Shown here: positions 10,252-19,879 of the stretch, piece by piece
Numbering within the stretch: position 1 is the stretch's first letter
Layout of the letters: every line of letters begins with the position of its first letter
NCBI GenBank assembly: GCA_015069325.1
Contig: SVIV01000003.1
Coordinates: forward strand, 11,671 to 75,670
Direction of reading: 5' to 3'
DNA length: 64,000 nt
DNA from: Clostridiales bacterium
GTDB lineage: Bacteria; Bacillota; Clostridia; Christensenellales; UBA1242
Translations under genes and position numbers: made by a program
The notes under the pieces: generated by a model
Databases searched by the model: none
Told to the model about the DNA's origin: nothing
The model's input: only the letters and a program-made list of their open reading frames with translations

Positions 10252-10296
10252 AAAAAAAGCGAAGTGTGGCAGAGCGAATCACTCCTTCGCTTTTTT
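10252..10296. terminator. Bidirectional-looking intrinsic terminator between convergent genes
   Basis: An A-run, AGCGAAG (10258-10264), a 20-nt loop, CTTCGCT (10285-10291), then TTTTT. Confidence 0.5.
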
Positions 10297-10491
10297 GCTG
10301 TTATTTTAATTGACTAATTTCAAAAGGGACAACCCTTAGCCTCAGTTTTTTATTCCACAATTCTTGCATATAGCGGACAAAAATCTTTTAAATAAGTTTC
10401 TCAAATCATATCAATTTATATAAAATTCAATTGACAACTTTTACTTATACATTGCGTTAGAATATGTCAATAGATTTTACAAAATTTAAAA

Positions 10492-11703
10492 CTATTTTTG
10501 CACCATATAAACGTTATCATCAAATTCGTTTCTTTCCCAAGCGTTCATTATTTTTACGGCATAATTAAGTTTTCTGGCTTTCAACCTATTTTTAAAAAGT
10601 TGAAAATCGCCATTTGTAAGCTCTACTATAAATTTGCTATTAAGAAAATGTCGCAAAATTTCAACAGTATCTTCACTTACACAAAACTTTGCATTCTTGT
10701 CATATTCCACCAAACGAGAAAGCACATAAACAACATCGTTGATAGTAAGAGTTTTTCTTTTTTCGTCAAACCACTCATCAAACTCTTTCTCTTCTTCAAT
10801 GTTTTCAAGTTCTTCTTGAAAGCAAAGACAAAATTCAAACATAAGCATTGACCTTATTTCTTTTATATCCAAAAGACTATAAGATTTTTCTTGTTGCTTT
10901 AAGCATTGCATTTGATCAATAACTTCTTCTTCACATTTTCCTTCTTTCCAAAGCGACAATAAATCTTTTTTAAATTCTAATATTTTTTTCATTGAATATC
11001 TTCTTGCATCTTTTTCAAGTAATGATTTTGAATATAAAACAAACCCACCATCATCAGTATAAATATCATTCAACTGTGCAATTGTTTCGCCATATTTCAT
11101 TTTTAATGATTCAATCATAAGCCACAATGCATCTTGATCGCAATCATCAATGTCCCTGACAATTTCATCGGCATTATTGCCAATTAAATTTTTATACAAC
11201 TGCCTTTTTACGCTATCGTGATGTCTTCTATGAAAATCATATCTATATTGAAACAAATGGCGCATTTCGTGTGCTACTGCAATAATAAAATCTATTAATG
11301 TTTGATTTCTTACTGCCATAAAATTCTTTTTGTAATTTTCTTGATACTTTTGTTCTATCGCATTTTCGTCTGCAAAAGTCGTATCATAACATTTTGCATC
11401 ATATTCTTCAACCATTCTTTCTTCAGTATTATAAAATACCCCAGTGTTAAGAGTAACTTTATTGTTTTTTGTCCTTCCCAAACAAATTGTTGAACTTTCA
11501 TCACTTAAATCTAGCTTTCTTTGATCGAAATTAATCGTAGGCAATTTGTCTAGACCTTTTAATTCTGGCTGAATGTAACATTCAACAAAAAGATTGATGG
11601 CTTTCTCTGCTTTATCAACATATTCTTTAGTCATTTCGTATGACAAATCATTTAAAAGTTCGCTTAAAATTTCGCATAAAATTTCTAGTCTTTCTTTTTC
11701 CAT
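10492..11703 (-). CDS. Hypothetical protein with an HExxH zinc-metallopeptidase-like motif
   Basis: 403 aa containing IIAVAHEMRHLFQ. No signal peptide. Starts 9 nt after the upstream gene, with AAGGGA as SD. Confidence 0.6.
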   Translation of the reverse strand: MEKERLEILCEILSELLNDLSYEMTKEYVDKAEKAINLFVECYIQPELKGLDKLPTINFDQRKLDLSDESSTICLGRTKNNKVTLNTGVFYNTEERMVEEYDAKCYDTTFADENAIEQKYQENYKKNFMAVRNQTLIDFIIAVAHEMRHLFQYRYDFHRRHHDSVKRQLYKNLIGNNADEIVRDIDDCDQDALWLMIESLKMKYGETIAQLNDIYTDDGGFVLYSKSLLEKDARRYSMKKILEFKKDLLSLWKEGKCEEEVIDQMQCLKQQEKSYSLLDIKEIRSMLMFEFCLCFQEELENIEEEKEFDEWFDEKRKTLTINDVVYVLSRLVEYDKNAKFCVSEDTVEILRHFLNSKFIVELTNGDFQLFKNRLKARKLNYAVKIMNAWERNEFDDNVYMVQK

Positions 11704-11712
11704 ATTTTCCCT

Positions 11713-13116
11713 TTAACTCTTTTGGTTTTGTATGTCCACTTGTTTCGCATAAATCACATATTCATCTTGACTTGCATTATCAAATGCAATTTCTCGATTT
11801 GTCGCTGTCGCCATAATTATTTTATGCACCTTTTCATTTATTTCATTATCATTTGCATTAGGTCTAACATTTTTTACTACAATTCGAAGAGCCTGCATAG
11901 TTTGTTCCAAAGAAGGTGCAGGATTGATGTTGGGAAGTTGGTTTAACGCATTCTTATACATTTTAAAATTGCCTAAAATTTCCTGCGGAGTAAACTTTTT
12001 ATCTTTCAAGTCATTTTCAGTCTTTTCGATTAAAGATATGATTTCTTCCCGCTTGTCTTCACTTGTCTGGTATTCCGTTTCATACTCTTTATATTTACTA
12101 TCCAAATATGCCTTTTTAAGTTCATCTTCAAATTCTTGATAGAATCTCATTAAATCTTCAATATACTTAGTCGAAACAACCAAAGAATCTCGAGAAAAAG
12201 ATAGCGCTTGATCTTGATGCAGATTTAAAGTTAAATCTGTCGATTTTTGAATTATGTTGCTTACTACTTGTTTTTCATTTTCGCTTAGCGGAGTTTTGTC
12301 ATTAAGTATATAAGGAACTTTGATATGTTTAATTTGACTAAGAGGCACCATGAAAAAATTTAAAGTTGTAAGTTCTTTCCCTAAAAAAGTTTCATTTGTT
12401 GCGTCAAAATAATAATGCCCATTTAGTCCATACTTTTCATCTTTTATGTGAATAACCAGAGTTGAGTGTAATGCCCTTGCTTTTTCGCCATCTTCACTTG
12501 TCGCAACAAAATTGTCGTAAATAGTAATATTTTCTTCACCGATTTCTTCAAAAATTGCTTTGATTAAATTGCTATAACCTTGACAAACACATTTATTGCT
12601 GTTTAATACGCCATAAACCGAACGGGATTCGCTTGGATGCTGAAAAATCTTTTCCTTTCTATATTTTCTGGAAGCAACTCCCATATATACACGCAACAAC
12701 TTTTCATAAGGCGACAAACTTTCTTTCTTCACCTTATTGGCTATAATTGAAATTTGCTCGTTTGCGCTTTCAACTTCTTCAACAGTCCAAGTTTTGCGGT
12801 GATCTTCAAAGCCGAAATTAACACCTTTTTTTGATAGATATGCGTCAATATCTCTCACTCTTACCCACTCTTCAATGCTATAATTTTGAGATCCCCCGCT
12901 TACACTTATACAAACGTCGTGCGGTTGCAAACCATAAGACTTTAAATCTTTGACAACAAGCTTAATAATATCAAAACATAAATCGTTTTGAAAGATTTCT
13001 TTGTTGACCATATAAATAAATTTCAAATCTTGATATTGCTTTTTAGCACTTAAAAAGGTTTGAATAGTCTTCTCTACATTCTTATCTGACAAATAATGAT
13101 AAATCTTTTTATACAT
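11713..13116 (-). CDS. Transglutaminase-like (papain-fold Cys-His-Asp) domain protein with a coiled-coil C-terminal half
   Basis: 467 aa. SPYEKLLRVYMGV..., then the Cys motif NKCVCQGYSNLIKAIFEEIG, His in ALHSTLVIHIKD and Asp in GHYYFDATNE, in the order and spacing of the transglutaminase core. Confidence 0.65.
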   Translation of the reverse strand: MYKKIYHYLSDKNVEKTIQTFLSAKKQYQDLKFIYMVNKEIFQNDLCFDIIKLVVKDLKSYGLQPHDVCISVSGGSQNYSIEEWVRVRDIDAYLSKKGVNFGFEDHRKTWTVEEVESANEQISIIANKVKKESLSPYEKLLRVYMGVASRKYRKEKIFQHPSESRSVYGVLNSNKCVCQGYSNLIKAIFEEIGEENITIYDNFVATSEDGEKARALHSTLVIHIKDEKYGLNGHYYFDATNETFLGKELTTLNFFMVPLSQIKHIKVPYILNDKTPLSENEKQVVSNIIQKSTDLTLNLHQDQALSFSRDSLVVSTKYIEDLMRFYQEFEDELKKAYLDSKYKEYETEYQTSEDKREEIISLIEKTENDLKDKKFTPQEILGNFKMYKNALNQLPNINPAPSLEQTMQALRIVVKNVRPNANDNEINEKVHKIIMATATNREIAFDNASQDEYVIYAKQVDIQNQKS

Positions 13117-13236
13117 ATATTCTCCTAGTATGAGTATAGCACACTAGTTTTGCTTTTTCAATGCATCTTCAAGATAAATCTTAAAATTAATTGACGAGTA
13201 ATAATTTAAATTATATAATAAATCTAAGGAGTAAAT

Positions 13237-14043
13237 ATGAAATACGTTTTAATCACAGGCGGTGCAAGTGGAATGGGCAAATCCACCGCAGAAAAACTAG
13301 CAAAAGAAGGATATTTTGTTTTTTCTTGCGATATTAAAAAATGTGAAGAGAGAGAAAATATTTTGCAAATCCAAACAGACGTAACTGATATGAAAAGTGT
13401 TGAAAATGCTTTTGATATTGTTTGCAAATATACAGACAAACTTGATGCCGTAATAAACTTTGCAGGAATAATTATGATGAACTCTCTTATCGAAATCTCA
13501 GAAGAAGATTTTATGAGAATTTTTAACATCAACCTTTTCGGCACATATCGTGTCAATAAAACCTTTTTCCCTATGATTGAAAAAGGGAAAGGAAAAATCA
13601 TTATCACAACAAGTGAACTTGCAAAAAATAAAATTCTTCCTTTCAACGCAATTTATTCAATCTCTAAAAAGGCTTTAGATGCTTATGCACAAGGGCTTAC
13701 TATGGAACTTGGTCTTTTAGACATCCCTGTCATCACCCTTCGCCCTGGCGCAGTTGAAACGCCAATTTTAAATGATTCAAATAAAGCTATGAACGACTTG
13801 CATTCAAATACTACCCTTTTTCAAAACTCAATTAATAAATTTAAAAGCATTGTGGACAACGAACAAGGCGGCACAATTCCTTCATCAAAAATTGCAGACC
13901 TTGTTTATAAAATTTTAAATAAGAAAAAGCCAAAAGTAGCCTATGCAAAAAACACAAGCATTAAACTTAAAATGCTTAATCTTGTTTCGACAAAAATGCA
14001 AATCAAAATTTTAAAAACGATATTAAATAAAAAAGAGAGCTGA
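13237..14043 (+). CDS. SDR-family oxidoreductase
   Basis: The N-terminal VLITGGASGMGKS Rossmann motif and the catalytic YSISK (YxxxK). Confidence 0.9.
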   Translation: MKYVLITGGASGMGKSTAEKLAKEGYFVFSCDIKKCEERENILQIQTDVTDMKSVENAFDIVCKYTDKLDAVINFAGIIMMNSLIEISEEDFMRIFNINLFGTYRVNKTFFPMIEKGKGKIIITTSELAKNKILPFNAIYSISKKALDAYAQGLTMELGLLDIPVITLRPGAVETPILNDSNKAMNDLHSNTTLFQNSINKFKSIVDNEQGGTIPSSKIADLVYKILNKKKPKVAYAKNTSIKLKMLNLVSTKMQIKILKTILNKKES

Positions 14044-14054
14044 TTGCTCTCTTT

Positions 14055-14216
14055 TTACATATCCATTTCTTCTTCATACTCATCTGCAATGCTTTCCTGT
14101 TTTGTTTCAGATTGGACGTTGACGTTATCTTTGTCGGCGTCTTTTTCTGGCAAAACTTTCATATTAGGATAAGCAAAGCCCACACCCGATTTTCTTATAA
14201 TATCTGTTATTCTCAT
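14055..14216 (-). CDS. Possible small acidic protein (53 aa), below the ORF-track length cutoff
   Basis: My translation: MRITDIIRKSGVGFAYPNMKVLPEKDADKDNVNVQSETKQESIADEYEEEMDM. AAGGAA lies about 5 nt upstream. It sits 52 nt downstream of the 14269 gene on the same strand. Confidence 0.3.
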   Translation of the reverse strand: MRITDIIRKSGVGFAYPNMKVLPEKDADKDNVNVQSETKQESIADEYEEEMDM

Positions 14217-14268
14217 AAATTTCCTTTTGTATTATTTCTTCAGTTTTTTTTCGCAAAACAATTTTATT

Positions 14269-14805
14269 TTACTTTTGCCCCAATGCTTCACAATCTTTTT
14301 CAGCCTGTTTTTTCATCTGTTTTTGTTTTGCAATTTTTTCAAGTTGTTGTTTTTTCTTGAAAAAATTATATCTATCATTAGCCTGAATTATTTCAGCACC
14401 AGATAAGTAATGATCTTTTAGCCAGTTTTCATCTAAACAATCTTTATAACTGATGCTATATTCAACTCCATTATCTTCAACATAAAAAATAGTTGATTTT
14501 TGTTTACCTACCCCACAGACATGAGCCCTTTTCACTCTCAACTTTTCTCCATTAATATTCTCGCCTGTAAGCCTAATAAAGTTTTGAATTGCAATAGGGT
14601 ATTTGTTGTCTGAAAGAAAACATTCACTATGCAAATAGGTAATATTATCCCCATCGACTACTTCTCGCTTCTCCCTTTCTCCATAAAAAAGATAGGCCCT
14701 ATTATACGTTTGTTCCAACATTTCTTTTCTTAAGACATCAATTACATCTTCTTCAAATTGAATATCACTTTCTTCTTGTTTTTTCAAAAAATCCATCAAC
14801 TTCAT
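14269..14805 (-). CDS. Hypothetical protein
   Basis: ORF 14269-14844. Start moved to MKLMDFLKK (ATG 14805), which is preceded by GGAG. No motifs recognised. Confidence 0.55.
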   Translation of the reverse strand: MKLMDFLKKQEESDIQFEEDVIDVLRKEMLEQTYNRAYLFYGEREKREVVDGDNITYLHSECFLSDNKYPIAIQNFIRLTGENINGEKLRVKRAHVCGVGKQKSTIFYVEDNGVEYSISYKDCLDENWLKDHYLSGAEIIQANDRYNFFKKKQQLEKIAKQKQMKKQAEKDCEALGQK

Positions 14806-14950
14806 ATACACTCCTATTGTAATCAATTTTATCATAATATGCAATTAATTTCAATACTAATCTTGCCCTTTTTGTCAAAGGGGCTGATTTCTCTTTTGTT
14901 TTGTATTACAAAAAAACAACCGGAACACTTTGGTTCAGATTGTTTTTCTA

Positions 14951-15033
14951 TGGTGCGGATAACAGGACTTGAACCTGCACCCTATTCAGACTGGAACCTA
15001 AATCCAGCGCGTCTGCCATTCCGCCATATCCGC
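14951..15033 (-). tRNA. tRNA-Leu (anticodon TAG), CCA encoded
   Basis: The reverse complement GCGGATATGGCGGAATGGCAGACGCGCTGGATTTAGGTTCCAGTCTGAATAGGGTGCAGGTTCAAGTCCTGTTATCCGCACCA folds as a cloverleaf with a long variable arm and anticodon loop TTTAGGT. Confidence 0.9.
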
Positions 15034-15077
15034 AAATTTAACATTTCTTTCATATGTATTAAATGTCAACAATATTC

Positions 15078-15106
15078 ATTATACAACAGCATCAGCAAAA
15101 ATGCAA
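15078..15106 (-). promoter_or_regulatory. SigA-type promoter for tRNA-Leu
   Basis: On the minus strand: TTGCAT (15106-15101), a 17-bp spacer, then TATAAT (15083-15078). Confidence 0.45.
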
Positions 15107-15195
15107 GTATTTAACAAAATAAAAAAGTTTTTGTTATTACTTGCATTTTTGCTTTTTGTATGATAAACTTTAAAGGCACAAAAGGAACTTACATT

Positions 15196-15882
15196 ATGAT
15201 GCATAAATTCAATTCGCTAGATTTAGATTTCACAATAGTTTGGTCAAATTTCCAAAAGCACAAAGATTTAAATATTCTTTTTAATGGATTAAAAACACTT
15301 GCAATTGCAGGACAACCAAACGCACTTGCAAAATGGTTTGAATTTTTTAAACTTGGCGACTGCCCACAAATTGATAAAAAAATGACGACCGTTGAAGCCG
15401 ACAACACACATCTGCTTATTGCAAAAGGATTGTATGAAAAACAACGCTCTTTATCTAATAACAAACCAGATGATACTTATTTAAAGTTTTTGCGTTCAGC
15501 AATAAATATTTCGTTTAAAGAGTATTTTACTGAAAATATCGAAATAGATAAACTTTGTTTAATATCGCCTTTTTGTGATGCAATAGTAAGTTATACAAAG
15601 GCTCTTCCAAACGAATCGCAATTCAACCAAAAACGCAAACATTTACAATCGCACCTTTATACAACAATATGTTCAAGGATTTCTGATTTTAACAGAAAAT
15701 ATCAAATGTTATCAACGAAAGGGGAGCTTGAAAGTTATCCACAATTTGCCTTTTCTTACGCCAATATTTTATCGACCTTTTTTACTCTTGGTCCACGTTA
15801 TGACAAACTTGCACAAACTGAAGAAGCAATATATGAAAAACTAACTTCGCTTCCTTTTGAAAATTTTGATGAGAGAAAATAA
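15196..15882 (+). CDS. Hypothetical protein
   Basis: ORF 15160-15882. I prefer the ATG at 15196 (MMHKFNS), which has AAAGGAA upstream. No motifs recognised. Confidence 0.55.
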   Translation: MMHKFNSLDLDFTIVWSNFQKHKDLNILFNGLKTLAIAGQPNALAKWFEFFKLGDCPQIDKKMTTVEADNTHLLIAKGLYEKQRSLSNNKPDDTYLKFLRSAINISFKEYFTENIEIDKLCLISPFCDAIVSYTKALPNESQFNQKRKHLQSHLYTTICSRISDFNRKYQMLSTKGELESYPQFAFSYANILSTFFTLGPRYDKLAQTEEAIYEKLTSLPFENFDERK

Positions 15883-15910
15883 AAAGCACTGCAGTTTTGA
15901 GTGCTTTTTT

Positions 15911-16612
15911 TTATTCAATAGGTTTTATTTTTGGTAAATTTTTGCCCCTTGGGAATTTTACAGGCGTAAGCGAAATTTTTTCAATCACAACAATATTTCG
16001 TTCGCTGTCAACTTCAGCCAAATTAAAGTTTAAAACTTTATCCACTTTTCCACCTAAAGTGCGAATGGCATTTTTACCCAAAGCAAGTTCTTCATCAGAC
16101 TTGCTTCCTTTATACATAAGCACCTTTCCGCCCTTTTTGATATAAGGCAAAAGATATTCACTTAACGTGGGCACACTTGCAACTGCGCGAGAAACTGCAA
16201 AATCAAATTTTTCCCTTTGTTCTTTTACATAATCTTCTGCCCTACTATGAACAAAAGTTACGTTTTGTAAATCCAGTTTTTCGCACAATCTTTTTAAAAA
16301 TTCTATTCTTTTGTTCAAACTATCTAATAACGTCAACTTAATATCTGGTCTTAAAATTTTCAATGGCACACCTGGAAATCCTGCGCCTGTGCCGACATCA
16401 ATTACACTTGAATTGCGTGAAAGTTGCGCATATGGCAAAACACTATCAACAAAGTGCTTTATTACAACTTCATTTTTATCAGTAATAGCTGTAAGATTAA
16501 ACTTTTCGTTTTCTTCAACTAAATAATGATAATACAATTCAAACTGATTTAATTGTATGTCATTTAAAACAATATTGTATTTTTCAAAAGATTGTTTAAG
16601 CAAATCTTTCAC
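15911..16612 (-). CDS. rsmG: 16S rRNA (guanine527-N7)-methyltransferase
   Basis: SAM motif IDVGTGAGFPGVPLKI and conserved position after mnmG. Its GTG start overlaps the mnmG stop by 1 nt. Confidence 0.9.
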   Translation of the reverse strand: MKDLLKQSFEKYNIVLNDIQLNQFELYYHYLVEENEKFNLTAITDKNEVVIKHFVDSVLPYAQLSRNSSVIDVGTGAGFPGVPLKILRPDIKLTLLDSLNKRIEFLKRLCEKLDLQNVTFVHSRAEDYVKEQREKFDFAVSRAVASVPTLSEYLLPYIKKGGKVLMYKGSKSDEELALGKNAIRTLGGKVDKVLNFNLAEVDSERNIVVIEKISLTPVKFPRGKNLPKIKPIE

Positions 16613-18483
16613 TATTTTTCTCCTTTATTTTCTTCGCAGAACTTTTTCACTAAAACTGAAAGCACCGCGATATCTGCTGGCGAAACTCCTGAAATTCTTG
16701 ATGCTTGACCAATATTCAAGGGTCTTATTTCATCAAGTTTTTCAGCCGCTTCAAGTCTAAGTCCGTGATATTTTTTGAAGTCAAATTCTGCAGGAATCAA
16801 AGTTGCTTCGTTTTTTCTAAACTTATCAATTTCTTCCTGTTGTTGTTTAAGATATCCTTCGTATTTAACCATAATATTCATTTCATTAATTATGTCAAAT
16901 TTAAAGTCCTTAAACAGTTCAAATTCTTCATTTATCTTAAACGCATCAATATTGCTTCGCTTAAGCATATCTTTGACAGTAACGCTTTCTCTTGGCTCAC
17001 TTTCCCCATTTTTAAGATAGAATTCCCTCACCTGTTCAACTTTGAATTTTGTATTTAAGAGATTGAATATTTTGTCAAGCTCTTTTTTCTTTTTATTAAA
17101 AATCTTCCATCTTTCATCATCAACAAGACCTACTTCTCTTCCAATTTCAGTTAATCTTAAATCAGCATTATCTTGTCTTAAAAATAATCTATACTCTGCT
17201 CGCGACGTCATCATTCTGTAAGGCTCATTCGTTCCTTTGGTAACAATATCATCAATCAACACTCCAATATAGCCATCGCTTCTTTTGAGAACAAGTTGTT
17301 TTTGTCCTTCTAAATAGAGAGCTGCATTTATTCCCGCTATAAGACCTTGTGCTGCCGCTTCTTCATATCCACTCGTTCCATTTATCTGTCCGGCGAAAAA
17401 CAGCCCCTTAATGCCCTTTATTTCAAGTGTAGGCAAAAGTTGAGTCGGTTCGATGCAATCATACTCAATCGCATATGAATCTCTCATAATTTCCGCCTTT
17501 TCAAGCCCTTTCACAGAGTGAATCATTTTTTCTTGGACATCTGCCGGCATTGAAGTTGAAAAGCCTTGAATATAAACTTCTTGCGTAGCAAGTGATTCTG
17601 GCTCTAAGAAAAGTTGATGCCTATCTTTATCCGCAAAGCGAACAATCTTAGTTTCAATTGATGGACAATATCTTGGTCCAACCCCTTTGATAAGCCCCGA
17701 ATACATTGGTGCTTTATCTAAATTATCTCTAATAATTTGATGTGTATTTTCATTTGTATAAGTCAAATAACAAACCGCTTGATTTTTTCTTTTCTTCTTT
17801 GTTTTAAATGAGAAGTTTTGGATTTCGTCTTCCCCTTGTTGAACTTCCAAAACAGAATAATCTATGCTTCTACCATTGATTCTTGCAGGCGTTCCTGTTT
17901 TAAAACGCAATAATTTTATTCCTAGTTTTTCAAGACTATCTGAAAGTTTTTGTGCGTTTGAAAATCCATTTGGGCCACAATCCTTTGTCCAATTGCCAAT
18001 AATAATTCTGCTTTTTAAATATACTCCCGTTGCAAACACAACTACATCTGCACAAAATTTTTGTTCTAATGCAGTAGTAACAATTTTACTGCCATCTTCT
18101 GCGACCGAAACATCAACCGCTTCCCCTTGTTTAAGAAACAAATTTTCGCAAGATTCAAGTGTTTGTTTCATTTGGTCGTGATAAGCTTGTTTGTCCGCTT
18201 GTGCACGCAAACTTTGCACCGCAGGTCCTTTCCCACGATTAAGCATACGAAGTTGAATAAGGGTTTTATCGATATTTACCCCCATCTCTCCGCCAAGTGC
18301 GTCAAGTTCACTTACTAATTGTCCTTTTGCCGTCCCACCAATTGATGGATTACACGCCAAAAAAGCCACTGCATCAAGACTTAACGTCAACAGCAGTGTT
18401 TTATGTCCTTTCCTTGCAATTGCAAGCCCCGCTTCGCAACCAGCGTGCCCTGCACCAATAACTATCGCATCAAATTTTTCCAT
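16612..18483 (-). CDS. mnmG: tRNA uridine 5-carboxymethylaminomethyl modification enzyme MnmG (GidA)
   Basis: The FAD motif FDAIVIGAGHAGCEA and GPRYCPSIE. Start moved to MEKFDAIV. Confidence 0.95.
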   Translation of the reverse strand: MEKFDAIVIGAGHAGCEAGLAIARKGHKTLLLTLSLDAVAFLACNPSIGGTAKGQLVSELDALGGEMGVNIDKTLIQLRMLNRGKGPAVQSLRAQADKQAYHDQMKQTLESCENLFLKQGEAVDVSVAEDGSKIVTTALEQKFCADVVVFATGVYLKSRIIIGNWTKDCGPNGFSNAQKLSDSLEKLGIKLLRFKTGTPARINGRSIDYSVLEVQQGEDEIQNFSFKTKKKRKNQAVCYLTYTNENTHQIIRDNLDKAPMYSGLIKGVGPRYCPSIETKIVRFADKDRHQLFLEPESLATQEVYIQGFSTSMPADVQEKMIHSVKGLEKAEIMRDSYAIEYDCIEPTQLLPTLEIKGIKGLFFAGQINGTSGYEEAAAQGLIAGINAALYLEGQKQLVLKRSDGYIGVLIDDIVTKGTNEPYRMMTSRAEYRLFLRQDNADLRLTEIGREVGLVDDERWKIFNKKKKELDKIFNLLNTKFKVEQVREFYLKNGESEPRESVTVKDMLKRSNIDAFKINEEFELFKDFKFDIINEMNIMVKYEGYLKQQQEEIDKFRKNEATLIPAEFDFKKYHGLRLEAAEKLDEIRPLNIGQASRISGVSPADIAVLSVLVKKFCEENKGEK

Positions 18484-18591
18484 ATTTACTCTCTTTTCAC
18501 TTGTAGTATAACACATTTAAATCAACTTTTAAATACATTTTTGAAAATATAATAAAAAAGCATAATAATTTTATTATGCCTTTTCCTTATT

Positions 18592-19296
18592 TTAATAAGA
18601 AGCCACCATTTCATCACAAATGTTTTCAACTATTGCTTCTGCTTCTTCTTTATCTTTTTCTTGTTCTATTGCAACTTGTAAAAGGAGTCCAGCATACTGA
18701 GTATTTTTAGCGTGAATTTTATTATCTTCCCCTATGTAAATCAACTCTTTTAATGACTTTTCAATAACAAAATAATCAAAGTCATCAAAATTACACTCAA
18801 AATATAATGTTTTTTTAGTTGACAATTCCTTATTGACAGTTAATTGCAAATGATCTAAAAATGTTTTCCCGTCCGATTGAACCGCATCTAAAAGGTCTTC
18901 ACTTTTAAAAACTATTGTTGCACAATCTTTTTTTGTTGAAAAAATTAAAGAAAAAAATTTCAACTTAATGAATTCTAAAAATTTCTTTTCAACCAATTCT
19001 TTTGATAACTTGCCCCTTGAATTCATTAATACCATTCTATGAGTATCTAGACGAAACTTAATGTCGGCTTCTTGACAATTCCATTTTTCTGCAAGCGCTT
19101 TTAAAAATTCTGGAAACGATACTCTCACCTTTTTATTCAACATTTCTGCATTTTTGCGAGAGCACTGTGATATGATTTGTTGACTATTCTCAATAGATTG
19201 TTCAAATTCCTGCCTTTTTTCTTCAATCAAATCTTTATGTGCTTTTATCTTATTTTTATTAATCGTAATATTTGTTAACGTTTGTCCTATGTTCAT
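18592..19296 (-). CDS. Hypothetical protein (ORFan cassette, gene 4)
   Basis: 234-aa ORF starting 14 nt after the preceding gene. No motifs recognised. Confidence 0.55.
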   Translation of the reverse strand: MNIGQTLTNITINKNKIKAHKDLIEEKRQEFEQSIENSQQIISQCSRKNAEMLNKKVRVSFPEFLKALAEKWNCQEADIKFRLDTHRMVLMNSRGKLSKELVEKKFLEFIKLKFFSLIFSTKKDCATIVFKSEDLLDAVQSDGKTFLDHLQLTVNKELSTKKTLYFECNFDDFDYFVIEKSLKELIYIGEDNKIHAKNTQYAGLLLQVAIEQEKDKEEAEAIVENICDEMVASY

Positions 19297-19310
19297 ATTT
19301 ATCCTTTTAT

Positions 19311-19697
19311 TTATGGAATATCCCTATCTAAAGAATCTTCAATATAACCCTTATGTTCGTCAGCTGTGCGATACATTCCAAGTGACGCTCTTACATTTCC
19401 TGGAATACCACTATTGGTCCTATAAGTTCTCATAGCATCAGTTATGTTTAATCTTTTTTCAAAAATATCACTGAAAAGTAAATCTTCCTTATCCACCTGT
19501 GGATAAAGTTTTTCACCTGTCCTTTTTTCATACTCTTTACACAACGCTTTAAGTTTAACTTCTTCTTGATCAATTTCTTGGTAAATTTCAAAAACTTGGT
19601 CTTCTGTAAGCCCTGAGAAAGATTCAACCATTGAATATCCCGCTGATATAATTTCTTGAGTTTCGTTGATTAATTTATAAATTTGTTCGTTTGTCAT
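19311..19697 (-). CDS. Hypothetical protein (ORFan cassette, gene 3)
   Basis: 128-aa ORF. AGGAG-like SD (TATAGGAGTAAAA ATG). Confidence 0.55.
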   Translation of the reverse strand: MTNEQIYKLINETQEIISAGYSMVESFSGLTEDQVFEIYQEIDQEEVKLKALCKEYEKRTGEKLYPQVDKEDLLFSDIFEKRLNITDAMRTYRTNSGIPGNVRASLGMYRTADEHKGYIEDSLDRDIP

Positions 19698-19821
19698 TTT
19701 TACTCCTATAATAATATTATATCATATATTCTTTCATTTGTAAAGATGTCAAAAATTTTTTGTATATTCTCATTTTAATTGCAACAGTTTTTGTTTTAGA
19801 ACTATGTAAGTGTTATACCGC

Positions 19822-19876
19822 TAGTTCTTTCTTTTCTTTGTGTAAAACAAGATTTATATAGTTCTTTTCTTTGTGT
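19822..19876. repeat. Direct repeat pair in the intergenic region upstream of gene 3
   Basis: TAGTTCTTTCTTTTCTTTGTGT (19822-19843) and TAGTTCTTTTCTTTGTGT (19859-19876). Confidence 0.7.
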
Positions 19877-19879
19877 CCA

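Noticed and set aside
10300-15033. Genomic island integrated at the 3' end of tRNA-Leu
   Set aside because: No integrase or recombinase is present. The only candidate att-like match to the tRNA 3' end (GCGGACAAAA near 10372, versus GCGGATAACA) is weak. ORFan content alone is insufficient.
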